From contig CAWFQB010000005.1 of the NCBI GenBank assembly GCA_963817895.1, positions 448,001 to 512,000 of the forward strand: a DNA stretch of 64,000 nucleotides. Reading direction: 5' to 3'. Shown here in pieces: positions 58,730 to 64,000 of this stretch. A model generated the notes under the pieces. That model ran no database searches, was not told the DNA's origin, and was given only the letters and a program-made list of their open reading frames with translations. The first letter of the stretch is position 1, and each line of letters begins with the position of its first letter. The position numbers were made by a program, and so were the translations under genes. Origin of the DNA: an uncultured Chthonomonadaceae bacterium. Lineage in GTDB: Bacteria; Armatimonadota; Chthonomonadetes; Chthonomonadales; Chthonomonadaceae.

Positions 58730-58819
58730 CCCCGGCCCCTTCTCCCAATAAAGCCTGGGAGAAGGGGAGTCGATTGATCTTCCTCTGTTAAAGCGAACGG
58801 AGTTCATAAGGTTAATTCA
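58730..58819. repeat. ~90-bp dispersed palindromic repeat, copy 2
   Basis: Matches 4354-4442 in both conserved blocks. Confidence 0.85.
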
Positions 58820-58829
58820 CAATCAGCAA

Positions 58830-60101
58830 TTACTCGAAGCGCAGGGCTTCAATGGGGTGCAGGCGGGAGGCTTTGTTCGCCGGGTAGATGCCGAAGAACA
58901 GGCCGACACCGGCAGACACCATCAGCGCGACAAATACCGCCGTCAGGTTGACAACCGCGCTCCACCCGGAGAAATACGCCAATATCTGCGCAATCCCAAC
59001 CCCCATAACGATTCCGAGCAGGCCGCCGAGCAGCGAGATAATCGCGGACTCGATGAGGAACTGCATCATAATATCGCGGGGCGTGGCTCCGATAGCCTTG
59101 CGGATGCCGATTTCGCGGGTTCGTTCTGTTACGGATACGAGCATGATGTTCATAATGCCGATGCCGCCCACAACGAGCGAGATAACCGCGACGGCGGAAA
59201 GCAGCGTGGTCATGGTTCCCGTAATGCTCTGCTGCGACTCCATCAGTTCCGTCTGGCTGCGGATTCGGAAATCGTCGTTGTCGGGAAAGGGCGGCGTCAG
59301 TCGGTGGCGAACGCGCAGATAACTGGAAATTTGCTCCTGCGCCAGCGGCATCATGTCCTGCGTGGTGCAGCGTATTAGAATGTCGTTGAGGTAGTTCCGG
59401 TTCAGAACACGCCGCATGGCCGTTGTCACGGGAACCAGAACAACGTCGTCCTGATCCTGTCCCCATGAGGTTGAGCCTTTGGGGGCCAGCATCCCCACGA
59501 CGCGGAACTTCTGCCGATTGATGGCGATGGTTCGGCCTGTCAGGTCGGTATGCGCGTCCCCGGTCAGATGTTCGGCAATAGTCTGGCCCGCGACACAGAC
59601 TTTGAAACTGCCCTCCTGTTCGGCCTCGCTAAAGAAACGCCCGGACGCCACTTCGGTATTCTTCACATACAGGTAGTCGCTCGTGGTTCCGATGACATCT
59701 GTGTTGGCGTCCACGCTGTCCATTCGCACCTGAACGCCCGAATCAATCTGCGGCGCGACGCGGTCTACCGCCTGCGCGAAGTTTTTGGCGATGGCATTGG
59801 CATCCGCAAGCGTCAGGCGGTTGGGCGCGACGCTGTTGGCGATTGCGCCGTTGGCAATTGTGGCCGCGCGGGACGTCACCGTGCCGACGCGCAGGCGGTT
59901 GCGATTGGTGGAAACGGAAAGCAGATTGGTTCCCAGCGAGTTGACAGTTTCTGTCACCCGCTGGGTCGCGCCCTCTCCGATAGCGACAACCACGATCACC
60001 ACGCCGACGCCGATAATCATGCCGAGCATGGTGAGCGCGGTTCGCATTTTGTTGCTGGCAAGCCCGCGCAGGGCCACCCGCAACCCTTCAAGTAAGTTCA
60101 T
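58830..60101 (-). CDS. MacB/FtsX-family ABC transporter permease
   Basis: RTALTMLGMIIGV, LVVGGIGIMNIMLVSVTERTREIGIRKAIGA, PIEALRFE. Confidence 0.95.
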   Translation of the reverse strand: MNLLEGLRVALRGLASNKMRTALTMLGMIIGVGVVIVVVAIGEGATQRVTETVNSLGTNLLSVSTNRNRLRVGTVTSRAATIANGAIANSVAPNRLTLADANAIAKNFAQAVDRVAPQIDSGVQVRMDSVDANTDVIGTTSDYLYVKNTEVASGRFFSEAEQEGSFKVCVAGQTIAEHLTGDAHTDLTGRTIAINRQKFRVVGMLAPKGSTSWGQDQDDVVLVPVTTAMRRVLNRNYLNDILIRCTTQDMMPLAQEQISSYLRVRHRLTPPFPDNDDFRIRSQTELMESQQSITGTMTTLLSAVAVISLVVGGIGIMNIMLVSVTERTREIGIRKAIGATPRDIMMQFLIESAIISLLGGLLGIVMGVGIAQILAYFSGWSAVVNLTAVFVALMVSAGVGLFFGIYPANKASRLHPIEALRFE

Positions 60102-60121
60102 AAGTATCTATCGCGAGAAAA

Positions 60122-60589
60122 CTATTCCTTCTCGCCCTTCTCGCCCTTCTCGCCTTTTTCTCCGGCTTCGCCCTTTTCGCCCGCTTCCGATTTGGAGGCT
60201 TTCGCGCCCTTGCCGGATTTGTCCATTTTGCCGGTCTTCTTGCCCGTCTTTTTGGCTTCTTCGGCCTTTTTTTCCGCCGCTTCTTCTTTGGCGGTGACCG
60301 TCTCTTCCGAGTCGATCTTGCCCGTGTTGGCGTTGACCATCACTTCATGCGTTTTGCCGCCGGCCTTGACCATCACGGCGTATTCCCACTTGCCCTCTTC
60401 GTTTTCGAGCGCGGTTTTGCCCTGAACCTTGCCGCTCTTGTATTTCTTCAGCGCGACGGCTTCCGCCTGTGTGGAGGACAATTTGGTTTTGGGCGTTTGC
60501 TGCGCCCGGACGGTTGCGGTTCCGGCGCAAAGCAGGCTAACGAGGGCAAGACTGCCGAGGGCCGTCCGCAGAGTACGATTCGTGTTCAT
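60122..60589 (-). CDS. PepSY-domain secreted protein with a GEK-repeat tail
   Basis: AEAVAL....GKV...LENEEG..EYAV....HEVMVNANTGKI. Confidence 0.85.
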   Translation of the reverse strand: MNTNRTLRTALGSLALVSLLCAGTATVRAQQTPKTKLSSTQAEAVALKKYKSGKVQGKTALENEEGKWEYAVMVKAGGKTHEVMVNANTGKIDSEETVTAKEEAAEKKAEEAKKTGKKTGKMDKSGKGAKASKSEAGEKGEAGEKGEKGEKGEKE

Positions 60590-60645
60590 GTGGTTTTCCC
60601 TTTCAGGAGGAAGGATTGGAAGCGCGATCAATGATGCGCAACGCC

Positions 60646-60690
60646 ATTATACCAGCGGACGGGGCAAACGAAACTTAGAATGTATTAAGA
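60646..60690 (-). promoter_or_regulatory. TTCTAAG box plus extended -10 element
   Basis: Minus strand tcttaat-aca-TTCTAAG-N22-TATAAT (TGgTATAAT). Confidence 0.55.
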
Positions 60691-61254
60691 GGCTTGCTGG
60701 AGGAAATTGCGGAGGAGGTCTTTGCCGCTGGCAGTCAGCGCGGATTCGGGGTGGAATTGAACGCCCTCTACCGCGTATTCCCGATGCCGGACGCCCATCA
60801 CTTCGCCCTCGGCGGTTTCCGCCGTGATTTCCAGACAGGCAGGCATGGTGTCGCGCTTGATAACGAGGGAATGGTAGCGCGTCGCCTCGAACGGCTGCGG
60901 CAGGCCACGAAACACGCCCTTGCCCTCGTGGTGAATCAGCGACGTTTTGCCGTGCATGATGCGGTCATTGCGCACCACGTCGCCGCCGAACGCCGCCCCG
61001 ATGCTCTGATGCCCCAAACACACGCCAAAAATGGGTATCTCGCCCGCGAATCGCTGTATCAGCGGCACGCTAACCCCGGCCTCATTGGGAGTGCAGGGGC
61101 CGGGCGAAATCAGAATACCCTCCGGGTTGAGGTCAGCAATCTCGTCCAGCGTAATGCGGTCGTTGCGCCGCACGTCCACGCTTGCGCCAAGTTCGCCCAG
61201 ATACTGCACCAGATTATAGGTAAAACTGTCGTAATTATCAATAACCAGAATCAT
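60685..61254 (-). CDS. pabA: anthranilate/aminodeoxychorismate synthase glutamine amidotransferase (TrpG/PabA)
   Basis: [37 protein letters not shown]. Confidence 0.9.
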   Translation of the reverse strand: MILVIDNYDSFTYNLVQYLGELGASVDVRRNDRITLDEIADLNPEGILISPGPCTPNEAGVSVPLIQRFAGEIPIFGVCLGHQSIGAAFGGDVVRNDRIMHGKTSLIHHEGKGVFRGLPQPFEATRYHSLVIKRDTMPACLEITAETAEGEVMGVRHREYAVEGVQFHPESALTASGKDLLRNFLQQAS

Positions 61255-61282
61255 CATTTTCCTCATCGCTATAAAATAGACT

Positions 61283-62959
61283 TCAGCGCAGATGCCGCGC
61301 CAGGAAGATGGCGTACAGGCGGCAGCGGAAGCGGGCTTCTTCGAGAGATGCGCCTGTCAGGACGCCCGCCGCGCGCAATCGGTAAAAGGTTTCCGGCGTG
61401 GCGCAGCGTTGCCCGAGGGACAGGGCGCGTACCGCTTCTTTCAATTCCGGGGCGCGGGACAGGGCGGCAAGCATTCGGCGCAGATGTTCGCCAAACGGCC
61501 CGTTCTCCTGATCGGCCTCGGCTTCCAGCGCATCCAGAGGGAGTTGGCGCGTTACCATTGTATCATAGCCGCGCCGCGCCAGGTAGGGATGCCCGCCGAT
61601 CAGGTCGTAAAAACGCGACACTTCCCACTCTGAAAGCGGGCTGCCGTAGCGCCGGTTCAGGTCGGCAAGCTGGTCCGGCGTGAAATCGTCAAGCTGCAAG
61701 CGCGTACCGACATTGAACGGGGACTGGTTGAGGTCCTGAATAAACAAATGCGCTTCCGTCGCGTAGGCAATGGCAAGCGTAAGCCGGGACCAGGGGCCGT
61801 CCGGGTCCAGGGCGCGGCGATTGTGCCAGGAGCGGAACAAGCCGAACACTTCATTGCCGCACGGCAGGGTAAACAGCCTGTCCACCTCATCCAGTCCCCA
61901 CACGAGCGGCGTGTCCGAAGCGGCTAAGGCGACGTTGCACAAAAAGCGCTCCAGATTGCGATTGGCGCTGCGATTGGGATTCCAATGCGCTTCCGGGTCG
62001 GTATCCAATGCGAGCTGGTCCGCCATCTCCTGCGCCAGTTCGCGGTACAGCGCATCGGAGGAACCGAGCGTCGTCTGGGAAAGGCTGTCGAAGTCGGTCA
62101 TCACGACGCGGCTGCCGTTTTGTCGCGCCGTCTGCAAACCGCGCGCCAGCAGGCTGGTTTTGCCCACCTGCCGCGCCCCCTTGACAAGCACGATGCTGTC
62201 CTGTCGCGTAATCGCCTGCGCAAAATTGGCATCGGTGTCATGCAGAATATAAAACGGCGAATTCAGCGGCACGGCTCCGCCATCGGCGTCGAGGGGAAAG
62301 GATGAAGGATGAAGGATGAAGGATGAAGCCTCCCCTTCTTGTATCTTGTATCTTGTATCTTGTATCTTCTCCTCTTCTCCTTGTCTCCCTATCTCCTTGT
62401 CTCCCTCCGGCGCGGGCAGGGACGCCAGCAATGCGGTTATACGTGCGTGGGAACGCTGACAGCGGGCGCGGGCTTCCACTGCCCATGTTTCGCGCCAGCC
62501 GTCAAGGAGAGGCGCGGAACAGAGTTGTAAGGCTTCCCGCCACCCTGCCGCGTTGATTTCCGACTGTGCCAGTTGTTCAAACCGAAGCAAATCCACGTTC
62601 GCGTCATCGAGATTGAAGCGTATCACGCCCCGGCCCGCGCTTTCCACCCGCCACTCGTGATCGCCCAGCGCGCGGCGCAGGGCGCGAACGCCCTGCCGCG
62701 TGGAGGGAAAGTCGCCGCCCGCATATTCGTCGTTCTGTTGCGCTTCGGACGGCCAGAACAGCAGGGCGAGCTGCCGGTATGTGACGAGTTGCCCGTGCCG
62801 AAGGGCGAGATACGCCAGCAGGCGCTCCCCTTCGCGCAGATGCAATCCGGTTAATGGCTTATCGTCAATGGATGCTTCCAGCGCGCCGAAAAGACGCAGC
62901 GTGAGTTCGGAGGAGGCCAACTTTTCTTTTCCCTGCCTTTGCTGCTGTATCTGCCCCAT
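61283..62959 (-). CDS. SARP-like wHTH/short BTAD + AAA_35-type ATPase regulator
   Basis: [72 protein letters not shown]. Alternative start at 63016. Confidence 0.85.
   Translation of the reverse strand: MGQIQQQRQGKEKLASSELTLRLFGALEASIDDKPLTGLHLREGERLLAYLALRHGQLVTYRQLALLFWPSEAQQNDEYAGGDFPSTRQGVRALRRALGDHEWRVESAGRGVIRFNLDDANVDLLRFEQLAQSEINAAGWREALQLCSAPLLDGWRETWAVEARARCQRSHARITALLASLPAPEGDKEIGRQGEEEKIQDTRYKIQEGEASSFILHPSSFPLDADGGAVPLNSPFYILHDTDANFAQAITRQDSIVLVKGARQVGKTSLLARGLQTARQNGSRVVMTDFDSLSQTTLGSSDALYRELAQEMADQLALDTDPEAHWNPNRSANRNLERFLCNVALAASDTPLVWGLDEVDRLFTLPCGNEVFGLFRSWHNRRALDPDGPWSRLTLAIAYATEAHLFIQDLNQSPFNVGTRLQLDDFTPDQLADLNRRYGSPLSEWEVSRFYDLIGGHPYLARRGYDTMVTRQLPLDALEAEADQENGPFGEHLRRMLAALSRAPELKEAVRALSLGQRCATPETFYRLRAAGVLTGASLEEARFRCRLYAIFLARHLR
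62297..62407 (-). repeat. composite 8-mer/7-mer repeat element, in frame in the regulator's linker
   Basis: Minus strand (GGAGACAA/GGAGATAG/GGAGAAGA)n-(GATACAA)4-GAAGGGGAGGC-(TTCATCC)4-TTT; 111 bp. Confidence 0.9.
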
Positions 62960-63022
62960 GCCTGTTTGCCGCGCTGCATCAAAGCCCTGTCCGTCACACA
63001 GTTTTTGCCTGCACATATTGAT

Positions 63023-63050
63023 ATTCGCCTGCCTGCGCTTTGTTTCCTGC
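63023..63050 (-). promoter_or_regulatory. SigH-like promoter
   Basis: GCAGGAAAC-N12-GGCGAAT on the minus strand. Confidence 0.6.
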
Positions 63051-63057
63051 TCATCTG

Positions 63058-63121
63058 GTCACGTTAAAATAAAAACTCTGTCACGCTGGTCACGTTAGCG
63101 TCACGCGAAATGGTTTAGAAT
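63058..63121 (+). promoter_or_regulatory. four GTCACG direct repeats plus -10 element (SARP-like operator)
   Basis: GTCACG at 63058, 63080, 63089 and 63100; TAGAAT at 63116-63121. Confidence 0.55.
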
Positions 63122-63270
63122 AGGTTTGTGCCTGCCGGATACGCCCGGACGCGTATCCGGTTCCGGTACAAAAACGGCCTGCCCATTTCCGCAGCAGTTT
63201 TGCAGGACACCGGCTTTGCGCAGGCCGCTCTTATTTTTGCCGTCGCTTTTGCCGTACACAGGGAGAAACC

Positions 63271-64000
63271 ATGATTTGCACTCGTATTTCACTTTTGGGC
63301 GCGTTCGCTCTGGGCGCACTGGCTCTCGCCGCCTGCCGTCCCGCGTCGGCGCAGCTCACGTTTACGTACACGTCCTTCGATGTACCGGGCGCATATACGG
63401 GCGATATAGGCTATGGCACGTACTTCCACGGCATCAGCAACAACGGAACCATCGTTGGCGACTATGATGTAGACGCAAACATGGGTTCAGCCTTCGTCCT
63501 TCAGAATGGCAGCTACACCCATCTCAACTATCCGGGCGCTGTCGCTGGCGACTACACGTATCTCCACGCAGTCAATTCTTCGGGCGTGATGGTGGGCAGT
63601 TATTACCAGGCATCTACCGATAGCCTCATTGATTACATCTACCGCAATGGCGCGTTCATCATTCCTACGCCTACCCATCCCATAAAAGGCCCTCCTGGTT
63701 TTAGCGCTGTGACCGATTCCGGCCTGGTAGCCTCGCAATACCATGATGCCTCCAATGTTGTGCATGGAGCCATCTACAATCTCAACACGGACACGTTCGC
63801 GGATGTCGCTTCGGTTCCCATCAGCGCGACGCAGGATTTCTTTTTGCTCGGCGTCAATGACAGCGGCGATTACGTGGGAAGCTATCTGGATGCCAACGGA
63901 AACATTCAAGGCGCGTTCAATCAGGGCGGAACGTTCACCTACCTCAGCCTTCCGGGCGCGGACTCGACCCGCCCTTCAGGTATTAATTCCAGCGGAATGA
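63271..64000 (+). CDS. secreted HAF-like repeat protein (partial; PEP-CTERM tail possible but not visible)
   Basis: Not in the ORF track. RBS GGGAG; MICTRISLLGAFALGALALAACRPASAQ...GISNNGTIVGDY...AVNSSGVMVGSY...GVNDSGDYVGSY...GINSSG, open to the window edge. Confidence 0.85.
   Translation, partial: MICTRISLLGAFALGALALAACRPASAQLTFTYTSFDVPGAYTGDIGYGTYFHGISNNGTIVGDYDVDANMGSAFVLQNGSYTHLNYPGAVAGDYTYLHAVNSSGVMVGSYYQASTDSLIDYIYRNGAFIIPTPTHPIKGPPGFSAVTDSGLVASQYHDASNVVHGAIYNLNTDTFADVASVPISATQDFFLLGVNDSGDYVGSYLDANGNIQGAFNQGGTFTYLSLPGADSTRPSGINSSGM

Noticed and set aside
60125..60185. GEK 9-bp repeats as a collagen domain or a mobile nonamer array
   Set aside because: Only about six triplets, codon-aligned, with no inverted partner; an ordinary low-complexity tail.
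1..64000. CRISPR array, tRNA, rRNA or transposase/integrase
   Set aside because: No regularly spaced repeat-spacer series, no tRNA or rRNA signatures, and no DDE, Y1 or recombinase ORF were seen.

Overview
A 64-kb chromosomal window from a high-GC diderm bacterium. VPEPGS(I/V)ALLTG-type PEP-CTERM proteins, a SigH-like sigma factor and BTAD regulators suggest Armatimonadota (inference). It holds about 55 protein genes: paoABC-like aldehyde oxidoreductase, adhC/AraC, larE/larB, an hpnI-like glycosyltransferase, sulfite oxidase plus persulfide dioxygenase-rhodanese, an Hsp70 with two TPR membrane proteins, two BTAD/SARP regulators and a low-GC defence patch at about 42.5-46.8 kb. I found no rRNA, tRNA, CRISPR array or transposase. 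About ten genes are split by single-base frameshifts, most likely long-read consensus errors. Main observations: (1) a ~110-125 bp composite element of 8-mer and 7-mer tandem repeats sits in frame, in the same phase, inside two unrelated genes and adds a near-identical peptide (GEExKIxDTRYxIxEGExSSxILHPSSF); related heptamer and nonamer arrays occur as intergenic inverted repeats and inside two more genes; (2) a cholera/pertussis-type ADP-ribosyltransferase with a small partner gene, interrupted by an 8-bp duplication; (3) a HEXXH protein with a small partner, bracketed by REP-like palindromes; (4) six SigH-consensus promoters with identical spacing, sigma-54 promoters on both recognisable PEP-CTERM genes, a sigma-28 promoter, SARP-like repeats and a shared OmpR-like box; (5) a candidate ~140-nt structured RNA or attenuator upstream of an outer-membrane protein gene. 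All product calls come from reading motifs by eye; no database searches were run.
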